From Clostridia bacterium (GTDB taxonomy: Bacteria; Bacillota; Clostridia; Christensenellales; QALW01): DNA of 64,000 nucleotides. Of the stretch, positions 26,378-36,175 are shown piece by piece. Made by a program: the position numbers and the translations under genes. The DNA lies in the NCBI GenBank assembly GCA_045601365.1, contig JAZRZN010000103.1:4435-68434 (forward strand), read 5' to 3'. Under the pieces are notes generated by a model. That model was not told the origin of the DNA, did not search any database, and saw only the letters and a program-made list of their open reading frames with translations. The first letter of the stretch is position 1; the number at the start of each line of letters is the position of its first letter.

Positions 26378-27412
26378 CTATTCTGCGATCGCCGTCTGTT
26401 CGGCTTCGGCGGTCGCTTCGCCACCTGCATTTTCTTCAGCGGTGTCGGTCGAAGGCGTGGGGGAAGGCGTAGGTATCGGCGACGGCGTGACATCCGATAT
26501 GCCGCGTGTCATCAGCCAATCACACCAGACGGGATAGTATTTCGCATACGGATGAGTGCCGTCACCTGTATACATCGGGTCGAGATATCCGTTTGCGTCG
26601 GCAAATATCGGATTGGGATCGATATAAAAAGTGTTCACACCGTCGGCAAGCTCGGAAAACATATTGTTCAGTTGGATTATATCCGGGTTATGCGAATATT
26701 TATCGGTTTTTGAGCATTCCGCCGTAACGAGCAGGTTTGCTTCAATGAATATTTTTGCATTCGGCTGAGCTGCCTTGATTTTACAGAGCAGCTCGGCATA
26801 TTTTTTTACAGTGTTGCTTTTTGCGTATCCGCATTCGTTGAAGCCGAGCATGACATACACCTTGCCGTATTGCTTTTTTGTAATGAAATCGGCAAAAAGC
26901 TGTCCCGCTGACCTGCTTACGGTGCTTGCTTTCTTAGAAATGTTATATACGCTCATGCCGACACACGCAAAGTAATCGGCGTTTTTAAGCGTGCCGCAGT
27001 TGCACATCATCGTACTGCGTGAATCGCCGACAAAGAGCGCATCATCGAAATATGTGCGGTCAACGGTTACAAAGCTACCTTTTTCGGGTGCAAAGTACGG
27101 CTTATCGCCGATCGGCACGGGAGTGGGTATCGGTGAGCGGGGCGGCGTTGAGGTCGCGAAAACGCTGTCGGCAGCAGACGGGGTATGTGTCTGCACTTCC
27201 GCAGTGGCGTTTTCGTCCGTGTTCACTGTGGCGGCAGGCTCGGGCGTGAAGCTCGCGTCGGGTGACTGAGTCGGTGCCGACGAAAAGCTTTCTTCGGCAT
27301 CGAAGCCTATGTTGCGCTCGTTTTTCTTGGCATATGATGACACGACGAACGGTATTGCGCAAACAAATACGAGCGCAAACAATACTATGAAAGAGTACTT
27401 GTTTATCTTCAT
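26378..27412 (-). CDS. Membrane-anchored SGNH/GDSL-like hydrolase/acyltransferase partner of the MBOAT protein
   Basis: N-terminal TM, a Pro/Thr/Ser linker, then LFVGDSRS (block I), MLGFNECG (block III-like) and GDGTHP (block V). Starts 9 nt after the MBOAT gene. Confidence 0.65.
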   Translation of the reverse strand: MKINKYSFIVLFALVFVCAIPFVVSSYAKKNERNIGFDAEESFSSAPTQSPDASFTPEPAATVNTDENATAEVQTHTPSAADSVFATSTPPRSPIPTPVPIGDKPYFAPEKGSFVTVDRTYFDDALFVGDSRSTMMCNCGTLKNADYFACVGMSVYNISKKASTVSRSAGQLFADFITKKQYGKVYVMLGFNECGYAKSNTVKKYAELLCKIKAAQPNAKIFIEANLLVTAECSKTDKYSHNPDIIQLNNMFSELADGVNTFYIDPNPIFADANGYLDPMYTGDGTHPYAKYYPVWCDWLMTRGISDVTPSPIPTPSPTPSTDTAEENAGGEATAEAEQTAIAE

Positions 27413-27421
27413 GGCTTTACC

Positions 27422-28825
27422 TCAGAATCTGAAATACAGGAACGGGTCGTTAAGCCCGATACACAGGAAATAAATGCTCAGGACGAACATTGCCGCAAGG
27501 ACGACAGCACCGAAAACGTTATCTTTTATCTTTGCGTATGCTTTCCTGCCGAGCGGTGTGGCGAGTATTATTCCGCCTGCCGTCAGCAAGCCGTACTGTT
27601 TTGCCCACGAAATGAGATCGAACGGTACGGTGTACGCATCTTTTGAAATAAAGAACGGGAACAGACGCGAAAACATGTCGCGTATCTGCGAAAGATCGGT
27701 TATCGCAAACGGCATCCACGAAAGCGGTATCAGTAATATCATATAGCAGTGACCGATGAATCGGTGAGAATCAAGAAACTTTTTCAGGAACAGCTTTTCC
27801 GCGGCTATTATCACGAACAGTGCGAGTCCCCATAAAAGAAAATTAAAGCTCGCACCGTGCCACAGTCCCGTGAATGCCCATACCGCAAGCAGATTGAAAA
27901 ATGTTCGCGCTTTGCCTTTTCTGCTGCCGCCGAGAGGGATGTAAACGTAATTCCTGAACCAATCGCCGAGCGTGATATGCCACCTGCGCCAAAATTCAGT
28001 CATGCTGACAGAAGCATACGGATCGAGAAAATTCCGCGGGATATCAAGGCCGAGCATACGCCCCATGCCGCGTGCCATAAGAGAATAGCCGAAAAAATCG
28101 AAATAGAGCTGAAGCGAATAAGCTGTCGCGGCGAGCCACGCCATAGGCGTTGAGATGCTGTCAAAACCCATCGACACGGCATCGCGCCACAGTCCGCCGA
28201 TGTTGTTGGCGAGTATCACCTTGAGCCCCAGACCGACGGTAAACAGTTTCAATCCGCTGTTGAAGCCTTCAAACGAATGCCTGCGTCCGTCAAGGCTGTT
28301 TTTTACCTGTCCGTATGTTACTATCGGTCCCGCTATAAGCTGAGGGAACATCGTAAGGTACGCACCGAACTTTATGAATGAACGTTCGGCACGGAACTTG
28401 CCGGAATACACATCTGCGATGTATGAGATCGCCTGAAATACATAAAAGCTTATTCCGATGGGTAAAACAAGCTTAAGCACGGGCAGCGAGATGCCGAAAA
28501 ACTCAAGGATGCTGTTTGCCGATGAAAACAGAAATGCTTCGTATTTGAACAAAAAAAGAATTCCGAAATCGTATATGACCGAAATAATAAGCATTGCCTT
28601 TGATGCTTTTTTATGTTTTTCGATAAGAATACCGGCAAAATAGCCTTCAAGCACAACAGACAACAGCAAAAAAGTGTAAAACGGCTTATCAAGTGTGCCG
28701 AACGTGTAAAATACGATGCTTGCAATGAACAAAAATGCATTCTTGGCTTTTGACGGAAGCAAATAGTACAATATAAAAAAAACAGGCAAAAAACCGAATA
28801 TGAATTCGAGACTGCTGAAAACCAT
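27422..28825 (-). CDS. MBOAT-family O-acyltransferase (AlgI/DltB-like)
   Basis: 467-aa polytopic protein with [25 protein letters not shown] and the conserved His in GLWHGAS. Confidence 0.85.
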   Translation of the reverse strand: MVFSSLEFIFGFLPVFFILYYLLPSKAKNAFLFIASIVFYTFGTLDKPFYTFLLLSVVLEGYFAGILIEKHKKASKAMLIISVIYDFGILFLFKYEAFLFSSANSILEFFGISLPVLKLVLPIGISFYVFQAISYIADVYSGKFRAERSFIKFGAYLTMFPQLIAGPIVTYGQVKNSLDGRRHSFEGFNSGLKLFTVGLGLKVILANNIGGLWRDAVSMGFDSISTPMAWLAATAYSLQLYFDFFGYSLMARGMGRMLGLDIPRNFLDPYASVSMTEFWRRWHITLGDWFRNYVYIPLGGSRKGKARTFFNLLAVWAFTGLWHGASFNFLLWGLALFVIIAAEKLFLKKFLDSHRFIGHCYMILLIPLSWMPFAITDLSQIRDMFSRLFPFFISKDAYTVPFDLISWAKQYGLLTAGGIILATPLGRKAYAKIKDNVFGAVVLAAMFVLSIYFLCIGLNDPFLYFRF

Positions 28826-28995
28826 GTTCGTACCTCGTTGGTGATTTGAAATATCCTGTCAAACAAACATTATATATAACCTTACCACAAATACCGACAA
28901 ATATCAAGCAAAAAAATAAAAACCGCTTGCAAATATTTCGTTTTATGATATTATTATATTGCAGTTACAATAAGCAAATAACGGAGGAAAGAAAA

Positions 28996-30672
28996 ATGGA
29001 GTATAAGTCCGATATAGAGATCGCACAGGCGTGCGAGATGGAAAACATAAACGATATAGCCGCCAAGGCTCATGTTGATGAAAAATACATTGAGCAGTAC
29101 GGCAAATATAAAGCAAAGATCGACCCGAAGCTTCTTACGGAGACAGCCCGCAAGGACGGCAAGCTCGTGCTTGTTACGGCAATAACACCTACCCCCGCAG
29201 GCGAAGGCAAAACCACGACGACGATAGGTCTTGCAGACGGACTTAAAAGAATAGGCAAAGATGTTACGATAGCTTTGCGTGAGCCGTCACTCGGACCTGT
29301 ATTCGGCGTAAAAGGCGGTGCGGCAGGCGGCGGATACGCACAGGTAGTGCCGATGGAGGATATCAACCTTCATTTTACGGGTGATTTCCATGCTATCGGT
29401 GCGGCAAACAATCTGCTTGCGGCGATGCTCGATAATCACATCCAGCAGGGCAATGCGCTTAACATCGACGTGCGCAAGATAACGTGGAAGCGTTGTGTTG
29501 ATATGAATGACCGTCAGCTCCGTTTTGTTGTTGACGGTATGGGCGGCAAGGCGAATGGCGTTCCGCGTGAGGACGGCTTTGACATCACGGTCGCATCCGA
29601 AATAATGGCAGTGTTCTGTCTTGCAAGCTCAATAACAGACTTAAAGGAAAGGCTTTCAAGAATAATAGTAGGATATACATATGACGATAAGCCCGTTACC
29701 GCAGGCGACTTAAAGGCTGTCGGCGCGATGACGGCACTTTTGAAGGATGCCGTCAAGCCGAACCTTGTACAGACACTTGAGGGCACTCCCGCATTCGTTC
29801 ACGGCGGTCCGTTCGCAAATATCGCGCACGGATGCAACTCGGTAATGGCTACCAAAATGGCACTTAAGATGGGCGATTACACTGTTACGGAAGCGGGCTT
29901 CGGTGCAGACCTCGGCGCTGAAAAATTCCTTGATATCAAATGCCGCATGGCGGGACTTGTGCCGGATGCCGTTGTTATCGTTGCCACGGTACGCGCACTC
30001 AAGATGCACGGCGGGCTTGATAAAAAACAGCTCGGCGACGAAAATATCGAAGCACTGGAAAAAGGCATCCCGAATCTGCTCAGGCATGTTTCCAACATCA
30101 AGAATGTATACGGGCTTCCCTGTGTAGTAGCGGTCAACAGGTTCCCGACCGATACCGACAAAGAAATCGACTTCATCGTAAGCGAATGCCGCAAGCTCGG
30201 CGTGAACACCGTGCTTTCCACCGTTTGGGCTGAGGGCGGCAAGGGCGGCGAGGCACTTGCCCGCGAGGTCGTTCGGCTGTGCGAAGAGGAGAAGGGCGAT
30301 TTTAAGTTCTCATATGAGCTTGATGCTTCTATTGAGGAGAAGATCGCTGCTGTTGTTAAGCGTGTGTACGGCGGAAAGGGCATCAACATCATGCCGAACG
30401 CCAAAAAGCAGATAGCGCAGCTCACTGAACTCGGCTTCGGCAAGTTGCCGGTATGCATCGCCAAGACGCAGTACAGCTTCTCTGACGATCCCACCAAGCT
30501 CGGCGCACCCGAGGACTTTGAGGTCACCGTTAAGAATGTAAAGGTTTCGGCAGGCGCAGGCTTCATAGTCGTATTGACAGGTGATATCCTCACGATGCCG
30601 GGACTTCCCAAAAAACCGGCGGCGGAAAATATCGACGTTGATGAAAACGGAAAAATAACGGGCTTGTTCTGA
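28996..30672 (+). CDS. fhs: Formate--tetrahydrofolate ligase
   Basis: 558 aa from ATG 28996 with RBS acggagga upstream. [11 protein letters not shown]..., [15 protein letters not shown]. The listed start at 28846 is an extension. Confidence 0.95.
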   Translation: MEYKSDIEIAQACEMENINDIAAKAHVDEKYIEQYGKYKAKIDPKLLTETARKDGKLVLVTAITPTPAGEGKTTTTIGLADGLKRIGKDVTIALREPSLGPVFGVKGGAAGGGYAQVVPMEDINLHFTGDFHAIGAANNLLAAMLDNHIQQGNALNIDVRKITWKRCVDMNDRQLRFVVDGMGGKANGVPREDGFDITVASEIMAVFCLASSITDLKERLSRIIVGYTYDDKPVTAGDLKAVGAMTALLKDAVKPNLVQTLEGTPAFVHGGPFANIAHGCNSVMATKMALKMGDYTVTEAGFGADLGAEKFLDIKCRMAGLVPDAVVIVATVRALKMHGGLDKKQLGDENIEALEKGIPNLLRHVSNIKNVYGLPCVVAVNRFPTDTDKEIDFIVSECRKLGVNTVLSTVWAEGGKGGEALAREVVRLCEEEKGDFKFSYELDASIEEKIAAVVKRVYGGKGINIMPNAKKQIAQLTELGFGKLPVCIAKTQYSFSDDPTKLGAPEDFEVTVKNVKVSAGAGFIVVLTGDILTMPGLPKKPAAENIDVDENGKITGLF

Positions 30673-30705
30673 TACGAAAAATATCAAAAAATATAATTCT
30701 ACAGT

Positions 30706-30744
30706 CGGTAGAGTGTCATTTGCGAAACTCTACCGGCTTTTTTC
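30706..30744 (+). terminator. Rho-independent terminator of fhs
   Basis: cggtagagt (30706-30714) pairs with actctaccg (30727-30735), followed by gctttttt. Confidence 0.7.
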
Positions 30745-30829
30745 AAACAGTATAATCGGATTTTTGATCGGTAGGTAGCACGGACGGTACATATTTGGTA
30801 TAATCAGCACAGCTGACGGAGGGATGTAT

Positions 30830-31681
30830 ATGGCTGATTATATGATATTTGCCGATTCTTCATGCGATATCGAACGAAGCGTGCTTGACGCATGGAATGT
30901 AAAATGCATACAAATGAAACTTCTTATCGACGGAAAAGAATACGATGACGGAGAAATCGGAAACAGTGAGCTTTACTGCAAATTGCGTGAAGGTGCGGAA
31001 ACGAGTACGGCGGCAATCAATCCGCAACACTTTGCGGATATTTTCCGAGCCGAGACGGAACGGGGGATGAACGTACTGTATCTTTGCTTTTCGTCGGGAT
31101 TGAGCAGTATGTGCGATTCGGCAAAGAGTGCCGCTGCGGAGCTGAACACGTTGTACGGCACGGAACGTGTGCGTGTGGTCGATACACTTTGCGAATCGGC
31201 CGGCTACGGCATGCTTGTTTATCTTGCCGCAAAAAAACGCGATGCGGGTGCAAGCATGGCTGAAACAGCCGAATATACCGCGCAAATGAGATGCAAGATA
31301 GCACATTGGTTTACAGTTGACGAGCTTGCATATCTTAAACGCGGCGGAAGAATAAGTGCGACTACGGCTATGATAGGCGGCTTGCTCGACATCAAGCCCA
31401 TTCTGCACATGAATGATGAGGGCATGATCGTAAGTGTGAAAAATGTGCGCGGCAGAAAAAACGCCATACGCTTTTTGAGTGAGAAGTGTGCCGAAAATGC
31501 AATGGAGAACTATCCGGTATACATTTCACACGGCGATTGCGCAGATGATGCGGAGATTTTAAGGCAGATGCTTGCCAAACGAGATATCAAAACAGAACTG
31601 ATAGCGGATATAGGTCCTGTTATAGGCTCACATTCCGGGCCGGGAACGCTGGCGGTATTCTATGTGGGTGCAAACAGATAA
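30830..31681 (+). CDS. DegV-family fatty-acid-binding protein
   Basis: IFADSSCDI..., LSSGLS-like FSSGLSSM, GPVIGSHSGPG. ATG 30830 lies 6 nt after ggaggg. Confidence 0.85.
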   Translation: MADYMIFADSSCDIERSVLDAWNVKCIQMKLLIDGKEYDDGEIGNSELYCKLREGAETSTAAINPQHFADIFRAETERGMNVLYLCFSSGLSSMCDSAKSAAAELNTLYGTERVRVVDTLCESAGYGMLVYLAAKKRDAGASMAETAEYTAQMRCKIAHWFTVDELAYLKRGGRISATTAMIGGLLDIKPILHMNDEGMIVSVKNVRGRKNAIRFLSEKCAENAMENYPVYISHGDCADDAEILRQMLAKRDIKTELIADIGPVIGSHSGPGTLAVFYVGANR

Positions 31682-31733
31682 AACCTGAGTGTTGACGGAA
31701 TATGGGAACGGAAAATATAAATCCTCAAAAGGA

Positions 31734-31762
31734 TCCGAAAAAATTCCGAAAAAATTCCGAAA
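31734..31762 (+). repeat. 11-bp phased direct repeat tccgaaaaaat x2.6 (A-tracts) upstream of the rplM promoter
   Basis: tccgaaaaaat at 31734-31744 and 31745-31755; tccgaaa at 31756-31762. Confidence 0.6.
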
Positions 31763-31777
31763 CCGCTCAAATTTCGC

Positions 31778-31806
31778 TTGACATAATCCGAAATGTTTTG
31801 TATCAT
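31778..31806 (+). promoter_or_regulatory. Putative sigma-A promoter of rplM-rpsI
   Basis: TTGACA (31778-31783), 17-nt spacer, TATCAT (31801-31806). Confidence 0.6.
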
Positions 31807-31851
31807 ATATGAGCTTGCAAAAGCAATGTAAAATTTTTTGGAGGAATTGCT

Positions 31852-32280
31852 ATGAAATCATTTGTCGCAAAACCCGCTGACATTGAACGTAAATGGTACG
31901 TTATTGATGCTGACGGGCAGACTCTTGGCAGAGTTGCTACTCAGGTTGCAATGATTCTGCGCGGCAAACACAAACCTATCTATACGCCTCATGTTGATTG
32001 CGGTGACAATGTTATCGTTATCAATGCCGGCAGGGTTGTGCTTACCGGCAACAAGCTGGATCAGAAAAAGTATTACAGATACAGCGGTTACATCAGCGGT
32101 CTTAAAGAGACCAGCGCCCGTGATATGCTTGAAAAGGCTCCCGAAAAGATGTTCTTTGAAGCTGTTAAGGGCATGATGCCCAAAAACTCCTTAGGCAGAG
32201 AAATGCTTAAAAAACTTCGCGTTTATGCAGGTCCCGAGCATGAGCAGGCCGCTCAGAAGCCCGAAACCTACACGCTTTGA
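31852..32280 (+). CDS. rplM: 50S ribosomal protein L13
   Basis: [36 protein letters not shown]. Confidence 0.95.
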   Translation: MKSFVAKPADIERKWYVIDADGQTLGRVATQVAMILRGKHKPIYTPHVDCGDNVIVINAGRVVLTGNKLDQKKYYRYSGYISGLKETSARDMLEKAPEKMFFEAVKGMMPKNSLGREMLKKLRVYAGPEHEQAAQKPETYTL

Positions 32281-32297
32281 TGGGAGGAATTTGAATT

Positions 32298-32693
32298 ATG
32301 GCAGCAAAAGTTCAGTTCTGGGGCACCGGCAGACGTAAAAAGGCTGTAGCGAGAGTAAGACTTGCCGCAGGTAAGGGTGCAATAATCGTTAATAACCGTG
32401 AGCTTGACGACTACTTCGGGCTTGAAACTCTTAAGACGATCGTTCGTCAGCCGCTCGCACTGACTGAGACCGCAGGTAAATTTGATGTTCTTGTAAACGT
32501 TAAAGGCGGCGGCTTCACAGGTCAGGCAGGCGCTATCCGTCACGGTATCGCCCGTGCGCTCGTTAAGGCGGATGAGAATCTCAGACCGGCTCTTAAGAAA
32601 GCGGGCTTCCTTACCCGTGATCCGAGAATGAAGGAAAGAAAGAAGTACGGCTTGAAGGCCGCACGTCGCGCACCTCAGTTCTCAAAGAGATAA
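32298..32693 (+). CDS. rpsI: 30S ribosomal protein S9
   Basis: [12 protein letters not shown]...[19 protein letters not shown]...[10 protein letters not shown]. Confidence 0.95.
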   Translation: MAAKVQFWGTGRRKKAVARVRLAAGKGAIIVNNRELDDYFGLETLKTIVRQPLALTETAGKFDVLVNVKGGGFTGQAGAIRHGIARALVKADENLRPALKKAGFLTRDPRMKERKKYGLKAARRAPQFSKR

Positions 32694-32711
32694 TCTTTAC
32701 GGATTTATCTT

Positions 32712-32745
32712 CCCCGAAACCGTTATGGCTTCGGGGTTTTCTTTT
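32712..32745 (+). terminator. Rho-independent terminator of rplM-rpsI
   Basis: ccccgaa (32712-32718) pairs with ttcgggg (32730-32736), followed by a T-run. Confidence 0.7.
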
Positions 32746-32923
32746 ACCGCGAATGACAATTGCAATACTGTATTGCAAAAAATTTAATGAAATTTTATAA
32801 TTACCGCAAAATATGCAATGTTCATTTTAACAGTTATAATGTATACTATCATTGTATAGCATAAGGGAATCGAACTCCCATTCATACTGCTTTACAATGC
32901 AAATAAAGATAAGGAGTAGAAGG

Positions 32924-33925
32924 ATGAAAAAAGTGTTGACGCTCGTGCTGTGCTGTGTTGTGTTACTGTCACTTTTATGTGTAAGTGCATTTGCGCAGGG
33001 CGAAAACAAGCTTAAGAACGGAGCTTGGTCAAAGTATTACAACAAGGAAGACGTAACGAAGCTTCAGGAGAACGGTGAGGATTATTATTCTGCCGGCGGT
33101 ATCACCACTGCGTGGGGCTCGCCCGGTATCGACATAATGCCTGCCGTAAAGGCTGCAATGGGTACTGAGGATGAGGTGTCCGTATATATTGTTTTTGATG
33201 CACGCGTAAAGTATGCATCGGCAGGCGATAAGGGTGCTGATTATCCCGTAGGCGTAAAGATCCGTGCCGACGGGCTTACCGATGACGCAAAGGATCCCGA
33301 AAAATTCTCCACGGAATATGAGGGCGGAGCATTCCGCAACGACAGCGGCAACGTAAGCATAACCCTTACATCATCCGAGAATATATCCGATGAGTGGACA
33401 CGCCTTGAGTTCTGCCAGACATTCACTGCCGATGACATCAACTCAAAACTCTGGTCGAAGTGGATGCTCTGCTTTGACAGAATGGAGAATTTCGAAAGTG
33501 CTTCCGCGCTCGAATTCAAGAATACCGGCGTTTATCTTGAGGATGAATATGAATCACCGAATAAGCCGAAAGAAACACCCACGCCTAAGCCCACGGCAAC
33601 TCCCACAGCTAAGGCCGGCGATGAGAAAACCACGCCTGCGCCGAGCGGAAATAAATCGTCTGCCGATTTCAAACCGCTTGTGCTTAATGTTCCGATAAAC
33701 TTTGACCGTTATCCGATAACCTTTGCGGAAACAAAAGCACCCGCAAATGCAACCGAAGCTGTTTCATCATCGCCCGAAGCCGGCGCGACAGCAACAGCAT
33801 CAGCAGAACAGGATGAGAAAGACTCGGGCAATACGGGACTTATTATCGGCATAATCGCGGCGGCGGCAGTGATAGTTGCAGGCGCTGTATGTGCTGTCAT
33901 CGTTATAAATAAAAAGAAGAAATGA
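32924..33925 (+). CDS. Secreted, C-terminally membrane-anchored protein with an N-terminal beta-sandwich (CBM-like?) domain and a Pro/Thr linker
   Basis: ATG 32924 after aaggag. Signal peptide MKKVLTLVLCCVVLLSLLCVSAFA, PKETPTPKPTATPTAK linker, C-terminal TM followed by KKKK. The CBM call is a weak inference. Confidence 0.6.
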   Translation: MKKVLTLVLCCVVLLSLLCVSAFAQGENKLKNGAWSKYYNKEDVTKLQENGEDYYSAGGITTAWGSPGIDIMPAVKAAMGTEDEVSVYIVFDARVKYASAGDKGADYPVGVKIRADGLTDDAKDPEKFSTEYEGGAFRNDSGNVSITLTSSENISDEWTRLEFCQTFTADDINSKLWSKWMLCFDRMENFESASALEFKNTGVYLEDEYESPNKPKETPTPKPTATPTAKAGDEKTTPAPSGNKSSADFKPLVLNVPINFDRYPITFAETKAPANATEAVSSSPEAGATATASAEQDEKDSGNTGLIIGIIAAAAVIVAGAVCAVIVINKKKK

Positions 33926-33936
33926 GGAATAATGCA

Positions 33937-35799
33937 ATGAAAAAGCTTATAGCATTATTATGTGCTGTGGTTATTGCTTTCTCGATCGTCGGATGCGGCG
34001 GCAACGGCGATAACGGTTCAAGCGATAACGGCGGAAGCGGCAACGGCGGCAGCAACGCCATCGAAACCCCCGCACCCATTCCCGCAACCAAAGATGACAT
34101 AACCGAAAAAACAGATTATACTACACAGCAGTGGGTAGCAGTAGACATTCCGTTCACGGCTACCGAGAAATCAAAGAACATAGTCGATACCGAAATGGAT
34201 GTCACCTTTACGAACCGTGAGACCGGCACAAAAATGGTAATGCCTGCATTCTGGAACGGCGGTACGGATTGGATAGTACGTTTTGCTCCCACGGAGTACG
34301 GCGTTTGGGATTACACGACAGCAACCACCGGCAAGGATATCGGTCTTTCCGGCAAAAGCGGTACGCTTGCGTGCAATTCATACAAGGGCGATCTTGAGAT
34401 ATATCAGCGCGGCTTTGTAAAGACTGAGGCTGACAAGAGATATTTTGTATATAATGACGGCACACCGTTCTTCTATCTCGGTGATACGCACTGGGCTATG
34501 CTCCAGGAAGAATTTGATGCTCCCGGTAAGCATGCCGCCGACATTAAGACGGATTCGCACTTCAAGTATATAGTTGACAAGCGCGTTTCGCAGAGATTTA
34601 CAGTATATCAGAGCGAACCTATCGGTTCGAAATTCGATGTTTCCGACGGTAATGTCGGCGCGGGTGATGTTACCGGATTCCAGATGTGTGATAAATATTT
34701 CGCCTACATCGCGGAAAAAGGACTTGTTCATGCAAATGCACAGCTTATCTTCCCAAGCTCATGCACAAAGAAATTCAGCGAAAACATCCGTGCGCTCACA
34801 CGTTATTGGGTAGCGCGATATGCGGCATATCCCGTGCTTTGGTCACTCGGTCAGGAAGTTGATAACGGCAGTAACTATCCTGATGCTTACAATATGCCCG
34901 ATACATATGTTGAAATGTGCAAAATACTCAGTGAGGTCGATCCGTACAAGCATCCCACGACCGCACATCAGCTCAATGCGGCATCTGTAAACGCTACGGG
35001 ACAGGTTGCGGTCCGCGGTATAGACGGCGGCTACAATAATTATGATCCTGCAAGCACGAAGACCATCGGTACCACAAAACAGTCGGCGTTCTACAGTAAG
35101 CCCGGTCATACATGGTGGGGCGTTCAGTGGAGACCTACCGTAGACCAGCAGTATAATTTCAAAATTCCCAAAAACTATTGGTTCTTCGGCGAGAATAAAG
35201 TTGCCATCAACTATGAAAGCAGATACGATTATCTTTATACCAAGAATTTCGGTGCGCGTGTAAGCGGCTGGATAACCTATTTAAGCGGTATGTACGGCTA
35301 CGGCTACGGTGCGGCGGATATATGGTGCTACTTAAGCACATATTCGTTTGATGAAGCCGGCAATGACGGTGTAGATACCATCACGACCGATGATAAAAAG
35401 ATGCCGTGGGGCGAAGCAGTGCTTATGCCGACAGGTGACCAGATGACATATCTCAGAGGTTTCCTTACCTCGGCAGGCTGGTGGAAGCTCGTTCCGAACT
35501 TCGATGACGGTGGCTACTTCGTAAAAGATGAGGCGCAGGAGGGATGTTACGCCGCCGCTAATGACGGCAACGATACTTACGTTACCTACCTTTACAGCAA
35601 GACAAAAGCAGGCGTCGGTCATCTTGCAAAGATGGACGGCAAGGCAACATATACTGCGCAGTGGTTTGACCCGAGAACCGGCGAATATTCGCTTATCAGC
35701 ACGGAGATCAAACCGACAAAATCGGGTGACGATTACATCTATCAGATACCCGAGAAGCCGCAAGCTGACGACATGGCGTTGCTTGTAACCAAAAACTGA
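33937..35799 (+). CDS. Lipoprotein DUF5060/DUF4038 (GH140-like) glycoside hydrolase
   Basis: MKKLIALLCAVVIAFSIVGCGG lipobox, then a Gly/Ser/Asn linker. The body aligns along its length with 20613-22247 (MDVTFTNRETGTKMVMPAFWNG..WIVRFAPTEYGVWDYT; FYLGDTHWAM; YTAQWFDPRTGEY). Confidence 0.7.
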   Translation: MKKLIALLCAVVIAFSIVGCGGNGDNGSSDNGGSGNGGSNAIETPAPIPATKDDITEKTDYTTQQWVAVDIPFTATEKSKNIVDTEMDVTFTNRETGTKMVMPAFWNGGTDWIVRFAPTEYGVWDYTTATTGKDIGLSGKSGTLACNSYKGDLEIYQRGFVKTEADKRYFVYNDGTPFFYLGDTHWAMLQEEFDAPGKHAADIKTDSHFKYIVDKRVSQRFTVYQSEPIGSKFDVSDGNVGAGDVTGFQMCDKYFAYIAEKGLVHANAQLIFPSSCTKKFSENIRALTRYWVARYAAYPVLWSLGQEVDNGSNYPDAYNMPDTYVEMCKILSEVDPYKHPTTAHQLNAASVNATGQVAVRGIDGGYNNYDPASTKTIGTTKQSAFYSKPGHTWWGVQWRPTVDQQYNFKIPKNYWFFGENKVAINYESRYDYLYTKNFGARVSGWITYLSGMYGYGYGAADIWCYLSTYSFDEAGNDGVDTITTDDKKMPWGEAVLMPTGDQMTYLRGFLTSAGWWKLVPNFDDGGYFVKDEAQEGCYAAANDGNDTYVTYLYSKTKAGVGHLAKMDGKATYTAQWFDPRTGEYSLISTEIKPTKSGDDYIYQIPEKPQADDMALLVTKN

Positions 35800-35818
35800 A
35801 AAAGCTGATCATCAAACG

Positions 35819-35850
35819 GCTGATATCGTGAAATCGGTATCAGCTGTTTT
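35819..35850 (+). terminator. Rho-independent terminator
   Basis: gctgatatcg (35819-35828) pairs with cggtatcagc (35835-35844), followed by tgtttt. Confidence 0.7.
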
Positions 35851-35890
35851 GCGTGATGCTGTCTGATACTGTCCCGTATATTTTTTCGCA

Positions 35891-35903
35891 GGGACGCTGT
35901 CCC
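35891..35903. repeat. GC-rich palindrome gggacgctgtccc (same family as 41236-41327, opposite orientation)
   Basis: Its reverse complement, gggacagcgtccc, matches the core of the copies at 41.2-41.3 kb. Confidence 0.6.
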
Positions 35904-35938
35904 ATCGCATATGAAAAGAACCTACTTTACTTTTTTTA

Positions 35939-35967
35939 TTGCAATATTTGTTATTGTATGATATAAT
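35939..35967 (+). promoter_or_regulatory. Strong consensus-like sigma-A promoter
   Basis: TTGCAA (35939-35944), 17-nt spacer, extended -10 TGaTATAAT (35959-35967). Confidence 0.6.
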
Positions 35968-35973
35968 ACTCGC

Positions 35974-36175
35974 AGAAAGTCTTGCTACGCAAGCCTTGCG
36001 CCCTTCGTGCGCCATATCTTCGATATGTCTGCGTATTGAATGACGGCGCAAAAATGCCATTGCAAGCAAGCATTTTTGCTTGTGATACAATACGGTAAAA
36101 GAGTTTTGTTTTCAGAACTTATTTTTACATACTTACATACGGTAAGGGTACTGTACTACTTTTCAAGAGGTGATA
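35974..36175 (+). promoter_or_regulatory. ~200-nt structured 5' leader (or independent small RNA) upstream of the EEP gene
   Basis: Serial hairpins: cttgc-tac-gcaag; gcgc-ccttcgt-gcgc; atatc-ttc-gatat; and a 10-bp stem gcaaaaatgc (36048-36057) / gcatttttgc (36070-36079). Direct repeat atacggtaa at 36090 and 36137. Confidence 0.35.

Noticed and set aside
29877-30611. Long antisense or alternate-frame ORFs inside real genes. Examples: 480-1013, 862-1266, 20736-21350, 21633-22253, 29877-30611, 43489-44313, 47718-48506, 52311-52946, 52655-53341, 55105-56022, 56801-57487.
   Set aside because: Each lies opposite to, or out of frame with, a gene that has strong family motifs. Their translations are low-complexity (Ser/Arg/Pro/Ala-rich) and lack an RBS. 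These are typical shadow ORFs.
35974-36175. Assignment of the EEP leader to a known riboswitch class (c-di-GMP-I/II, ZTP, preQ1, ykkC, ydaO).
   Set aside because: None of the consensus cores I know is present. It is kept only as an unclassified structured leader.
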